This document shows positions 36,353-45,070 of a stretch of 64,000 bases of DNA, piece after piece. This DNA is from a virus, in IMG/VR virus record IMGVR_UViG_3300031949_000030, positions 686-64,685 of that record; one strand, 5' to 3'. The first letter of the stretch is position 1; the number at the start of each line of letters is the position of its first letter. The notes under the pieces are model-generated. The model was not told the origin of the DNA and searched no databases. It saw only the letters and a program-made list of their open reading frames with translations. The position numbers and the translations under genes were made by a program.

Positions 36353-36582
36353 CTCACTGGCTTCCTTCCTCCCATAACCTGTGTCATTAACATGTGTAAC
36401 TTCTGTATAAGGATCATATCCTCAGTGTAAGAATGACCCATACAATATCCTCTGGGTGGAGTTACAGCGTAAGATCTGTAGAAAGTACACGTGGTACGTA
36501 CCCGGGATCTCTTAGTGCGAGCTCCCTGAGAGTTTACACAATGCTGACATTTAGCTCTATAGTTTTCCAGGGACTTGCTCAT
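36349..36582 (-). CDS. Cys4 small-protein family, member 8 (77 aa)
   Basis: 'YRAKCQHCVNSQG', 'TC', 'YC', then 'EDMILIQKLHMLM'. Confidence 0.5.
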   Translation of the reverse strand: MSKSLENYRAKCQHCVNSQGARTKRSRVRTTCTFYRSYAVTPPRGYCMGHSYTEDMILIQKLHMLMTQVMGGRKPVR

Positions 36583-36820
36583 AAGACGTAGGGTGAAGTA
36601 GTTCTCGGTTACTGATCTTCATAGCATATATCAGCAGATCTATAACCTCGTATCGATAGTCAGCTTGATAGCAACTCATGTCAAAACGACGAAAGTAGTC
36701 TTCCCTTTTCAACCATCTCCTGGGAAGGCGAAGGTGGGTTGTGTGATCACACCATATTATATGGGAAGTTACTTCCCTGAAGCTAATACACTTATCACAG
36801 GTTCTTGTGGGCTTCTTCAT
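36557..36820 (-). CDS. Cys4 small-protein family, member 9 (87 aa)
   Basis: 'TRTCDKCISFRE', 'WC', 'SC', then 'EVIDLLIYAMK'. Confidence 0.5.
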   Translation of the reverse strand: MKKPTRTCDKCISFREVTSHIIWCDHTTHLRLPRRWLKREDYFRRFDMSCYQADYRYEVIDLLIYAMKISNRELLHPTSYEQVPGKL

Positions 36821-36977
36821 ATTAGCTGGCTTTTACTTCCCGGTGACAGTATACACACTCCCATATCGGGGTGCCTGTTTTACGACCGCTTCCCTTAATT
36901 ATCCGGTAACGGTGAGGCCCTTGATTATTATGAGGACACTTCCTCTTCTTACTTTTTAAAATAGTAATCATATTCAT
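36821..36977 (-). CDS. Unlisted small zinc-ribbon ORF (51 aa) in the array gap
   Basis: Manual translation of the minus strand gives 'MNMITILKSKKRKCPHNNQGPHRYRIIKGSGRKTGTPIWECVYCHREVKAS'. It fills the 36821-37022 gap, and its stop abuts the start of member 9. Confidence 0.3.
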
Positions 36978-37022
36978 AGCGATAGTGTACCATTATAGAG
37001 ATTGTATGCTTTACACTTGTTC

Positions 37023-37247
37023 CTAACCTCTGGCGAAAGTGCTATGTCTCATATACCAGTAGAGGCGGGTGATAACGTAAAGGTCGGAGATGTAATCATG
37101 CTGGTTACAGTGAGTGCTTAACGGATAACTATCTATCAAAGGATAGCCACACAAGACTTTGTTACCGCTGCTAAGTCCTCCTGAGAACTTGCAGGTAGCG
37201 CAAGCACTAATCTTATATACCTTGATGGGTCTTACTTCTTGCATCAT
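37023..37247 (-). CDS. Cys4 small-protein family, member 10 (74 aa)
   Basis: 'SACATCKFSGG', 'LC', 'HC', then 'DYISDLYVITRLYWYM'. Confidence 0.5.
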   Translation of the reverse strand: MMQEVRPIKVYKISACATCKFSGGLSSGNKVLCGYPLIDSYPLSTHCNQHDYISDLYVITRLYWYMRHSTFARG

Positions 37248-37506
37248 GAATTCTTCTTATGTAGACTGCTGAGTTGTATGACATAAAAGCTATAAGTCTC
37301 CTTATCATATAAATATCATCCCGGAAACCGTGCTTGTCACAACTATACATGAGTATAGATGGAGAGATCTTCGGTGAGAGTATCCTCTCTCTTGCATACC
37401 AGTGGTGATTACAGTGCACTTTATGTTTTACAGGACCACCCGTGTGGATAAGCTCCAGACCTCCACTATGTCGGCAGGTCTTGCACGCTTTCTCGTATAA
37501 ACTCAT
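37213..37506 (-). CDS. Cys4 small-protein family, member 11 (97 aa)
   Basis: 'YEKACKTCRHSGG', 'HC', 'SC', then 'DDIYMIRRLIAFM'. Confidence 0.5.
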   Translation of the reverse strand: MSLYEKACKTCRHSGGLELIHTGGPVKHKVHCNHHWYARERILSPKISPSILMYSCDKHGFRDDIYMIRRLIAFMSYNSAVYIRRIHDARSKTHQGI

Positions 37507-37744
37507 AGGTAGTCCGGGTTTTAGGATGATGCATTCTTTGGATTATGGAGGTACAGAGATGATGTGCATGTCTTTCATGTAGAGGTACGTGACAGTTTGA
37601 GATAAATCTCAAGTTTAGGTAACTCCTTCCGTGCCATTTACAGATGACATGGGGACCAGGGAAAGTGTGTTCCACACCACCTGCATACCGGCAGGTAGCA
37701 CAGTTATCCTTATAGAACCGTAACCCCGTCTCTGAATTTCCCAT
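37466..37744 (-). CDS. Cys4 small-protein family, member 12 (92 aa)
   Basis: 'YKDNCATCRYAGG', 'IC', 'NC', then a His-rich helical tail. Confidence 0.5.
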   Translation of the reverse strand: MGNSETGLRFYKDNCATCRYAGGVEHTFPGPHVICKWHGRSYLNLRFISNCHVPLHERHAHHLCTSIIQRMHHPKTRTTYEFIRESVQDLPT

Positions 37745-37985
37745 GGTTCACCCGCATTTGGTAAAGTATATTGTGAATTATAGCCTCCCGTCTTTCTATA
37801 AGAGATATCCCACACGAAGCGATGTAACCTAAACTTGATAGTGTAGGTCCCCTAAATTTACAGATAAACAGACGTTTCATAGGAGCAGGTTTATCTGTCC
37901 AGATCATCCCTCCTCTGTATTTACACTTGGCACAGTTGTTCTTATAGAGTTCTAAGCCCTTCGACTGTTCTTCTGAGGTTTTCAT
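37710..37985 (-). CDS. Cys4 small-protein family, member 13 (91 aa)
   Basis: 'YKNNCAKCKYRGG', 'IC', 'SC', then 'EAIIHNILYQM'. Confidence 0.5.
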   Translation of the reverse strand: MKTSEEQSKGLELYKNNCAKCKYRGGMIWTDKPAPMKRLFICKFRGPTLSSLGYIASCGISLIERREAIIHNILYQMRVNHGKFRDGVTVL

Positions 37986-38301
37986 GTCTTAGGAAGTCAT
38001 AGTGTTGTTGTCTTGTATAATTAGGGACTCTACCCAACATGGTCAGGTTTATAGTAAAGATGAGAGTCATATCAGAGGTGAGCTGTTTGTCATGGATGAC
38101 ACATGGCATATTGATATCAGCCAAAGGGTAATTAAGGGGTGACCTTAACGAACGGTCAGGATGTCTGCACCATATAACTGTTTTGGGAACCCATACAGAG
38201 CCTATAAGAGAGGGTATATACCCGCTGTTGAAGATGCACCCCTTACATCCATCTTTAAAACGCTCACTCAGGTTATAGAAGTATTTACTCATGGATCCCA
38301 C
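37942..38301 (-). CDS. Cys4 small-protein family, member 14 (119 aa)
   Basis: 'FKDGCKGCIFNSG', 'WC', 'PC', then 'SDMTLIFTINLTML'. Confidence 0.5.
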   Translation of the reverse strand: MGSMSKYFYNLSERFKDGCKGCIFNSGYIPSLIGSVWVPKTVIWCRHPDRSLRSPLNYPLADINMPCVIHDKQLTSDMTLIFTINLTMLGRVPNYTRQQHYDFLRHENLRRTVEGLRTL

Positions 38302-38663
38302 TGTCTTAGATTTAGTCCCAGCTCTACCACTTTCTGGAATAACTGGTCTTTCTCATTCTTAAGCTTCCTCTTTTCACTCCGGAGCTTCACTATCCGCTCC
38401 TGAAGCAGCTTATTCTTCTCCACAAGGGAGTGTATATGCTGACCCTTGACAGACTCCAGTACTTCTTTCTGTACTTCATCCTTCTGAGTTCTTAGCTTAT
38501 GCTCGAGTTCCTGCATAAGGGACTGGCATTCTCCCAGCTCCTGTCGGGAGGTAGAGAGTTGCTTCTTCAGATCCTTTATCTCGGTCTCGGCAAATAATAG
38601 TCTCTGCAGATCGTTTAACGGCCGCAGGGACATTAACGGCTCTTCAGCCGGGTCTTTGGGCAT
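38289..38663 (-). CDS. Coiled-coil protein (124 aa)
   Basis: Heptad-like Leu/Glu/Lys/Gln-rich sequence 'LKKQLSTSRQELGECQSLMQELEHKLRTQKDEVQKEV'. Confidence 0.4.
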   Translation of the reverse strand: MPKDPAEEPLMSLRPLNDLQRLLFAETEIKDLKKQLSTSRQELGECQSLMQELEHKLRTQKDEVQKEVLESVKGQHIHSLVEKNKLLQERIVKLRSEKRKLKNEKDQLFQKVVELGLNLRQWDP

Positions 38664-39000
38664 CTGTGACAGATGTAATCTTATAACGTTCCTTAAGCCA
38701 CTCTACAGTGAGCTCTGGCTTAAACTTCATAGCATCATCGAGGCGGGTCCTTATCGGATCTATATTCTCGTGATATCTCCTCATGTCCTTTGCGAACATG
38801 GTTATAATCTCAGCATAGGGATCAGGTCTCCCGTTGTTAGCTACGATCTGTCCTACAGCCTCCCAGTAGACAGGAGTCTCTACCCCACAGTCTATGAAAG
38901 CCTGCTTGATATCATTGACAGCCTCTATGGCATGCCTGAGGTCAGGGTACTTACCCAGTATCCTCTTTGCGGATGACTCCGGTGAAGTTCTTGTGTTCAT
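38644..39000 (-). CDS. Hypothetical protein (118 aa)
   Basis: ORF. Confidence 0.4.
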   Translation of the reverse strand: MNTRTSPESSAKRILGKYPDLRHAIEAVNDIKQAFIDCGVETPVYWEAVGQIVANNGRPDPYAEIITMFAKDMRRYHENIDPIRTRLDDAMKFKPELTVEWLKERYKITSVTDAQRPG

Positions 39001-39413
39001 TCGATAGTTACTTTAAGTCCGTTTTCCTGTAAGGCCTCCTTAATAGGTCTGAGGACTTTCATAGTCCCCCGTTTCACGTCACACTTCCCGTTGTTATGTA
39101 CTATGAGAGCGCACTGTAAGGCTTGTTCCTCCTGATGCTTACAGTACTTTACCAGGCAGGAGATGACATGATTAAAATTATTCACGTCATCATTATGGAG
39201 TATAATCATGTTCTCCTTCTTAACTTCAGTCTTGTCCATGACCAGTACATCTTCTTCGTGATCTGTACCTAGATTCCTTAGCATAAGCATTCTCTTAAAG
39301 CAAGCAGGTAGGTGCCGCAGGTTAGTAACATTACAGATACAGCTCCCAGGAGTACAGATAATATCATATCTCCCTTCCTGGCTTGTATGATGGCACCAGC
39401 TGTAGTTACACAT
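38997..39413 (-). CDS. clpS: ClpS-like ATP-dependent Clp protease adaptor homologue (N-terminal Cys-rich extension, or a later start at 39290)
   Basis: 'MIILHNDDVNNFNHVISCLVKYCKHQEEQALQCALIVHNNGKCDVKRGTMKVL' aligns with the ClpS core 'VILLNDDYTPMEFVIDVL...A..LML.VH..G.A.CGV...VAE.KV'. Confidence 0.65.
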   Translation of the reverse strand: MCNYSWCHHTSQEGRYDIICTPGSCICNVTNLRHLPACFKRMLMLRNLGTDHEEDVLVMDKTEVKKENMIILHNDDVNNFNHVISCLVKYCKHQEEQALQCALIVHNNGKCDVKRGTMKVLRPIKEALQENGLKVTIE

Positions 39414-39454
39414 CCCAGTGCTATTAATAGTCCTTCAAGCATAGTTAGTCAGTT

Positions 39455-39784
39455 TTAAGTTTGTTTCCTGAACAGAGTAGTCCGGGCAGGATCTTTGTCA
39501 TCAAGCCATACTCCGAGATCTATCTCTACTGTAAAGTTAGTGTCCCGTGGCATTTGTGCTATGATTTCTTCTCTGAAGATCTTGTAGAATCTCTCAGCTG
39601 TATCCTGACCATAACACTTAAGTAATATAGCAAGTGCGAGTTGGGAAGGGCCACTACCGTTATAACCTACAGAGAATCCGTCAGGAGAGTGATTCCGGAG
39701 CCTTTGTGAGGGCCCCGGATCCAGTCTTATCCCGTCAATAAACACCTCTGAGGTATTCTTGTTATAGATCATCTTAACTATCAT
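39455..39784 (-). CDS. Hypothetical protein (109 aa)
   Basis: ORF. Confidence 0.4.
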   Translation of the reverse strand: MIVKMIYNKNTSEVFIDGIRLDPGPSQRLRNHSPDGFSVGYNGSGPSQLALAILLKCYGQDTAERFYKIFREEIIAQMPRDTNFTVEIDLGVWLDDKDPARTTLFRKQT

Positions 39785-40110
39785 CGGTCCTTCCTACTAC
39801 TTAAGATAGCCGCTAAGAGACCCCCTCCTTTATCTTGGGAGGATACCTGTCTCCTGGTTATCAGATAACTTATATAAAAGAGTTCGTTGACATGTTTACA
39901 TTCCTTGGAAGCATCATGAGCCGTGGCTACTATGTTGGTGTTGGTGGTGTAGTAATAGTCAGTCTTGGCCCTTAGTTCCCGGGCTCTCTCAGTTGAGATA
40001 GCCAAGGCATCTTCTATGTTATCAGACTCCTTTTCGATCTCCTCTATTACTAAGTGAGGGTTCAAAGGGACATCAGGTTTGGTAAAAGGTGTGTTACTCA
40101 TAGTTTTCAA
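39781..40110 (-). CDS. Hypothetical protein (109 aa)
   Basis: ORF. Confidence 0.4.
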   Translation of the reverse strand: MKTMSNTPFTKPDVPLNPHLVIEEIEKESDNIEDALAISTERARELRAKTDYYYTTNTNIVATAHDASKECKHVNELFYISYLITRRQVSSQDKGGGLLAAILSSRKDR

Positions 40111-40125
40111 AGTTAAAGTTAGTGA

Positions 40126-41220
40126 TTAGTTTACTTCTGTCCAGGTGATCTTAGACTGGTCGAATCCTGAGAGAGCACTACGGGTCCACTCTATATCTAC
40201 GGTATTCCTGTAGGTGAGAATATGGATAGTAGCCTTCTCGCCGGGAGGCAGTCTTAGTGCCCTCCCGAGTCTCTGGGGTGTCTTGATGTTGTTGCCATAG
40301 GAGTGAAGGATGATGACTACCTTCAGTCCCTTAATGTTGGCCCCCTGACTCAGCTGATGAACACAGGAGAGTTTCTTAATAGTTCCCTCTTCAAAGAGCT
40401 TCATATTCTCTTCAGAACGGGAGTTACCACTGTGATAGCTGGAAGGGTACAGGCGGTCTGCCTGCTTCTGTGTGTTGGCAAAGATGACACACTTATCATC
40501 TGTGTCATAGAGCAACTGCTTGGCATAGACTTCCTTAGACGGAAACCCCTGGAGAGCTTTCATTCTCATCAGACGCATCATCTTCTCCTCTGCAGGGGCT
40601 GTTGTCATATCAAGTCTCTTGCACCAGTAGTGGTAACTCTCCAGTTCAGACGTCATCCAGCTTTTACCAGCTTTACTGGTCATCTGTAGTGTCTTGCTAC
40701 TATCCAGGGGCATAGCATGTACTATGATACGGTAGTCATTAAGGATATCGTCCTCCACAGCATCATCAGTATCATACCTGTAAACTACAGGACAGTACTT
40801 ATTTATGAACTTTCCTCTGTCCGTCCATGACTTAGGTTCTGTACCTGTTACACCGATAATTCTTCCGGTGAACTGGCTTAACCAGGAATCGTGCTCCTCT
40901 GGTATCAGGGAGTGCATCTCGTCCAGATATACCGTGTCGTAGTTAAGTCTCTGCTTGGTAAGTGAGAGGTATGTACTGAAGGTAATATGATCCAGCAGAT
41001 ACTCCATATCGAAGTTCCGGAGATCATCCTTCCAGCTTTTGAATACTGTGAGCTGAGGAGCTACTACCAGCACGTCGGAAGTTTCCGAGTAGTGATAGTC
41101 CATATCCTTCAGACACAGTAAAGTCTTCCCGATACCCATACTTAGTATCACACCCGCCCTCTTCTCATCACGGATGAGAGGGAGTACAAGGTTCTGGATA
41201 TCGTCTTTAGTCTTTGCCAT
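40126..41220 (-). CDS. SF2 helicase (DExH-box type), compact
   Basis: Walker A 'SMGIGKTLL'. DExH 'VYLDEMHSL'. 'GVTGTEP'. Motif VI 'TPQRLGRALRLP' (QxxGRxxR). Confidence 0.6.
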   Translation of the reverse strand: MAKTKDDIQNLVLPLIRDEKRAGVILSMGIGKTLLCLKDMDYHYSETSDVLVVAPQLTVFKSWKDDLRNFDMEYLLDHITFSTYLSLTKQRLNYDTVYLDEMHSLIPEEHDSWLSQFTGRIIGVTGTEPKSWTDRGKFINKYCPVVYRYDTDDAVEDDILNDYRIIVHAMPLDSSKTLQMTSKAGKSWMTSELESYHYWCKRLDMTTAPAEEKMMRLMRMKALQGFPSKEVYAKQLLYDTDDKCVIFANTQKQADRLYPSSYHSGNSRSEENMKLFEEGTIKKLSCVHQLSQGANIKGLKVVIILHSYGNNIKTPQRLGRALRLPPGEKATIHILTYRNTVDIEWTRSALSGFDQSKITWTEVN

Positions 41221-41229
41221 AGTTAGTAA

Positions 41230-41706
41230 TTATATCAGTATAAGCTTTAGCAACAGGGGAAGCGGGATACCTATCTGGTGATATCTGCAGTATTCGCTCA
41301 GGTCTGATGCACGGGCTTTGAGAGCATTTATAGCATTAATCTTCATGGTACTTCTGTTAGAGGGGTGGACATAGACCTTTCTTATAAGGTCTACATCTTC
41401 CTCCCATCTCTTAAGATTTACATCATGTGCAAGAGCTGTGGGATTAAATTCAGGTATCGATATCTCCCAGCGATTTCTTACTGCTTGTCTACTCATATGC
41501 ATATGTCTTGTTGTTGTTCTTGAATAAGTTCTCTCAGTAAAAAGCACATGGCTTCTCCCGAGTAAGGTAGCTATGGGGAAATGCTCCCCATAGCTAAATA
41601 TAACACTTCCTTCGAAGTAGTAGTTCCCTGTAGGAGTGCGGGCGCTATCCTGAGTCTGTTCGACCCAGAGCCTGGCAACTTCCCGTGGAGAAACTACTTT
41701 TCTCAC
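41230..41706 (-). CDS. Hypothetical protein (158 aa)
   Basis: ORF. Confidence 0.4.
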   Translation of the reverse strand: MRKVVSPREVARLWVEQTQDSARTPTGNYYFEGSVIFSYGEHFPIATLLGRSHVLFTERTYSRTTTRHMHMSRQAVRNRWEISIPEFNPTALAHDVNLKRWEEDVDLIRKVYVHPSNRSTMKINAINALKARASDLSEYCRYHQIGIPLPLLLKLILI

Positions 41707-43127
41707 TGGAACTCCGTCTTGACTATGTGATTGAGCAGATGACTTACCTGCTTAGGCATATCATCAAGATTCATCACTACGGTATTATACGGATATATAT
41801 GTTTCACATGTCCACTTAGTATACCTACTCCGGCTGTTACGAACTCATCTCTCTTACACTTCTCCACTATCTGCTTAAGCTGTTTTACAGCAACCGTTCC
41901 TCCATAATCTCGTCCTGCAGGTTGACCATCTGAGAGACTAATGAATATTATACGGTCACTTGTCATGGACCGGACTCTCTCGTACACCTTCTCAGTTATA
42001 GGACCATCATAATTCTCTGAGCGACTGCGAGACATCATTTTGTCTATGGTCATATCAAAGTTAAGGTTGTGAGGATCATGATATACAAACAGGTGTGGTG
42101 TATCAGATCCGGAGTGTCCATACATATATATCTTATCAGCAGGCAGTATCTGGGAGAAAGCACAGAAGAGTGCCTTCACAACATGGTACTGTGTCTCTAT
42201 AGGTGAACCGTTCATACTACCTGATTCATCCGCCAGTATAACTATACTAAAAGGCCTGGTAGATTGCTTCTCGATAACCTGGCTGTACACACACAGGTTA
42301 CCTGCAGGAATCTCTGCAATCTTGCTGGTATCGAGTCTTCCTAATCTCAGGCTCTTCACCACGTCCTCCTTAGGATCAAAGGTGATGTCCAGTAGCTTGA
42401 TGAGAGATTCGGCGGCAGTTGATTCTTCACTTGAGTAAATAGTTTCCTCAATATCCTCCTGGATTTTTACCTCTACCTCCTTGGTGAAGGTATTAATCCT
42501 GTCACTGCTCCACCAGGGTTCTTCCTCCCTGGTATCTTCTAAAGCTTCTCTAAAGACCTTAGATATCTGGTCAGGTGAGGTAGGTTTCTTACTATCATTA
42601 CACTCAGAGTCATTTTCTTCCTCATTCTCTCCGGGAGAAGGTTTGGGCTTTCTTCCAGATCCTCCTTTATTATCCTTCTCCAGGTCATAGTACATACCTG
42701 AACTCAGGATAAAGGATATATAGTGTGTAAACAGGGGAGCCGTCTCCTGATCATAGACACATACCTTGTTGTAACAGTAAGTCAGGCTATCTGAGCTTAC
42801 GGTGACCCTTGTCACCTCTTTCTCCTTATTAAAGAAGGATGCCCTTGATCTTTCCTGAGTTGTTACAGCTCCTTTCATCAGCGCATCCACAAGTTTGTAC
42901 TTTACTATCCTGTGGAGTAATATCTTCAGGAGCTTCTCTTTCTCAAACCACGGGAGCCAGAAACCCTTGTCTTCTCCGTGAATAAAGGTGAGATTACTGT
43001 CCACCTTAATATAAGGATGATCTGATATCACCCTGGTAAAGCCACCGTAGTAGGAGGTCTCCCATTGAGAGACGCTCCCGCCATAGTCAGCATATGACCT
43101 TTTTTTACTTCTTTTAAACCAGCTCAT
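41703..43127 (-). CDS. VWA-domain protein (pair 2)
   Basis: MIDAS 'VILADESGSMNGSPIE'. A C-terminal VWA-like alpha/beta region. Sits immediately downstream of an AAA+ ATPase. Confidence 0.55.
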   Translation of the reverse strand: MSWFKRSKKRSYADYGGSVSQWETSYYGGFTRVISDHPYIKVDSNLTFIHGEDKGFWLPWFEKEKLLKILLHRIVKYKLVDALMKGAVTTQERSRASFFNKEKEVTRVTVSSDSLTYCYNKVCVYDQETAPLFTHYISFILSSGMYYDLEKDNKGGSGRKPKPSPGENEEENDSECNDSKKPTSPDQISKVFREALEDTREEEPWWSSDRINTFTKEVEVKIQEDIEETIYSSEESTAAESLIKLLDITFDPKEDVVKSLRLGRLDTSKIAEIPAGNLCVYSQVIEKQSTRPFSIVILADESGSMNGSPIETQYHVVKALFCAFSQILPADKIYMYGHSGSDTPHLFVYHDPHNLNFDMTIDKMMSRSRSENYDGPITEKVYERVRSMTSDRIIFISLSDGQPAGRDYGGTVAVKQLKQIVEKCKRDEFVTAGVGILSGHVKHIYPYNTVVMNLDDMPKQVSHLLNHIVKTEFQ

Positions 43128-43130
43128 AGA

Positions 43131-44057
43131 TTAAGTCTTCTCAGTATCAAGTATAGTCTGCACAGCTTTGAGTCCTTCTACACCCCCGATACCCTTACAG
43201 ATAGCATGATAGGAGTCGTAGATAGTAAAACCATTACACACCAGAGTACATATAGTCTTCAGGTGCCTCATAGATAAGTTGAAACTGATCTTGAACTCAT
43301 TATGCTCCTTGTTGATCTTGTAATAGACCTTGACTATCTTTGTAGCTTTCTCAGATTTCAGAGCCGGGTGTGTGACACTCAGGCTCTGCGCAAGGTTAAT
43401 CTCATCCAAAGGATCTACAGTTATCATCATGAACCGGTCCACTAAGGCTCTATCGAGCTTATGTGTGCCAGTATACTGAGAGCCTATGTTAGCTGTGGCA
43501 AAGAACACGCACTTAGAGTGAACCTTTACAGGCTCAGTATCATCAAAAGCATACTCCATAGAGAGCTCCCTGCGGAAGTCAAGACATGGAAAGAGCAGAT
43601 TATTACTCATCGCTGCACTCCTGCTTATTTCATCACAGAGAATGATCCCGGGATTCTGTATAAGTTCCGAGAACCTGCTTCTTCTGAATTCTGAGTAGGA
43701 CTTTCCGTCTTTGACTGTGATAACGTGGGTTCCTACTAATCCCATAACCGGATCGGTCATAGTACCCATGTCAAGTATTGTCAGAGGTACATTCATGACC
43801 TTGGCCATATTTGATACCATCTCTGTCTTTCCCTGCCCTGTAGGGCCTACAAGCAGGGTATTAATACCCTTCCGTATATTATGCTCAAGGATCTTAAATG
43901 TCCCTGTAGCTAGTTTGAAGTATCCGTTAAGTGTAGTCATAGTCTCTGTTATAACTATATCCTCTGATATCTTACCGGATCTTTTCCTGGTCTTACTCAC
44001 TGGTGACTCCGCTGTCATAACGGCACCGTCCAGTGGAAATTCTGCTGTCTCTGTCAT
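43131..44057 (-). CDS. MoxR/CobS-like AAA+ ATPase (pair 2)
   Basis: Walker A 'LLVGPTGQGKTEMV'. Walker B 'GIILCDEISRS'. 'FFATANIGSQYTG' is sensor-like. Confidence 0.6.
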   Translation of the reverse strand: MTETAEFPLDGAVMTAESPVSKTRKRSGKISEDIVITETMTTLNGYFKLATGTFKILEHNIRKGINTLLVGPTGQGKTEMVSNMAKVMNVPLTILDMGTMTDPVMGLVGTHVITVKDGKSYSEFRRSRFSELIQNPGIILCDEISRSAAMSNNLLFPCLDFRRELSMEYAFDDTEPVKVHSKCVFFATANIGSQYTGTHKLDRALVDRFMMITVDPLDEINLAQSLSVTHPALKSEKATKIVKVYYKINKEHNEFKISFNLSMRHLKTICTLVCNGFTIYDSYHAICKGIGGVEGLKAVQTILDTEKT

Positions 44058-44080
44058 CTTCTGTATATGTATGTGTGTAG

Positions 44081-44677
44081 TTAATTACCTGATTTTGCTG
44101 CCTCACCTGCCAGGGAGGCCGTCTCACTGTAGTTCTTACTCAGGAGGTTAGTGAAGAGTCCCGATACCTTCTCATCTTTCTTAAGCAGCCAGTTACTTTC
44201 ATAGTGCTTCTTCAGAGAGATACGATCCCCTTCTCTTTCAATCTGGAAGGAGCTTATACACTCCTTATCAAAAGTCTCCATAACGATAACAAGAGCCTCC
44301 ACTCTGTTAGGGTGGTTATGGGGTCTCACTGATTCACTCTGATAGCTCCCGTCTTCACTAAGAACTTTGTCTTTGTCAGAGGCCTCTATAGAGAGTGTCC
44401 ATGCTTCTGTTATAAAGGCCAGAGCTAAGGGCTTAACCTGGTCACTCATCTTCTCTATAATCATAGCTGCAGTAGCTTTTCCCTCGTCTGTTCCAAAGAG
44501 ATCCCCGAGTCCTGCAAGCACAACTATGTCGAACTTTCCCGAAGAGGGATTACTTATCATAGCTGTTACCAGGGGAGCATGCTCTCCTTCCCTCAGAAAG
44601 CTTTTCTTAGCTGCCTTTATAACAAGCTCGCCGAAAGATGTGAGGGCTCTGTGAAACTTCTCCTTGAATGTTTCCAT
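44081..44677 (-). CDS. Hypothetical protein (198 aa)
   Basis: ORF. Confidence 0.4.
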   Translation of the reverse strand: METFKEKFHRALTSFGELVIKAAKKSFLREGEHAPLVTAMISNPSSGKFDIVVLAGLGDLFGTDEGKATAAMIIEKMSDQVKPLALAFITEAWTLSIEASDKDKVLSEDGSYQSESVRPHNHPNRVEALVIVMETFDKECISSFQIEREGDRISLKKHYESNWLLKKDEKVSGLFTNLLSKNYSETASLAGEAAKSGN

Positions 44678-44690
44678 AAGTCATGGTTCT

Positions 44691-45053
44691 TTAGTAAAGT
44701 GATATGAGAATGTCTCCGCACTTATAGATAGATATCTCAGGGGTTTCCAGAAGCAGTTCTGCCTCGAACCTCTGTTTATCTACGTGATACCAGACTCTGG
44801 AGAAGGTCTTCACAGAGGTGGTTGTAGTTTGTGCCTTTATCTTTGGGGACTTCCTGGATTTACGGGGAGAGTCATACTGGATTCTGTAGAATCTATTCCG
44901 GCAGGATCCCTTACTTCTGCCCAGCTGTTTGGCAGCGTTTGCATACCCTCGTCCGGGACCCGAGGCTTCGAATACAGCAACCTTGAGAACTTCGTCTTCA
45001 TCAGATGTCCAGAGAGGACTCAGTGCCGACCTCGATTTCTTACTATTCTTCAT
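44691..45053 (-). CDS. Hypothetical protein with Myb/SANT-like signature (weak)
   Basis: 'WTSDEDEVLKVAV...AKQLGRSKGSCRNRF' resembles the Myb repeat 'W..EED..L......W..IA..L.GRT..QC..R'. Confidence 0.3.
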   Translation of the reverse strand: MKNSKKSRSALSPLWTSDEDEVLKVAVFEASGPGRGYANAAKQLGRSKGSCRNRFYRIQYDSPRKSRKSPKIKAQTTTTSVKTFSRVWYHVDKQRFEAELLLETPEISIYKCGDILISLY

Positions 45054-45070
45054 AAGTTTAAATGTGTTAG

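Noticed and set aside
34291-38301. Possibility that the regular array of about 270 bp is a CRISPR array or a DNA-level tandem repeat
   Set aside because: The units are protein-coding paralogs with conserved amino-acid motifs but little nucleotide identity. There are no short identical direct repeats or spacers.
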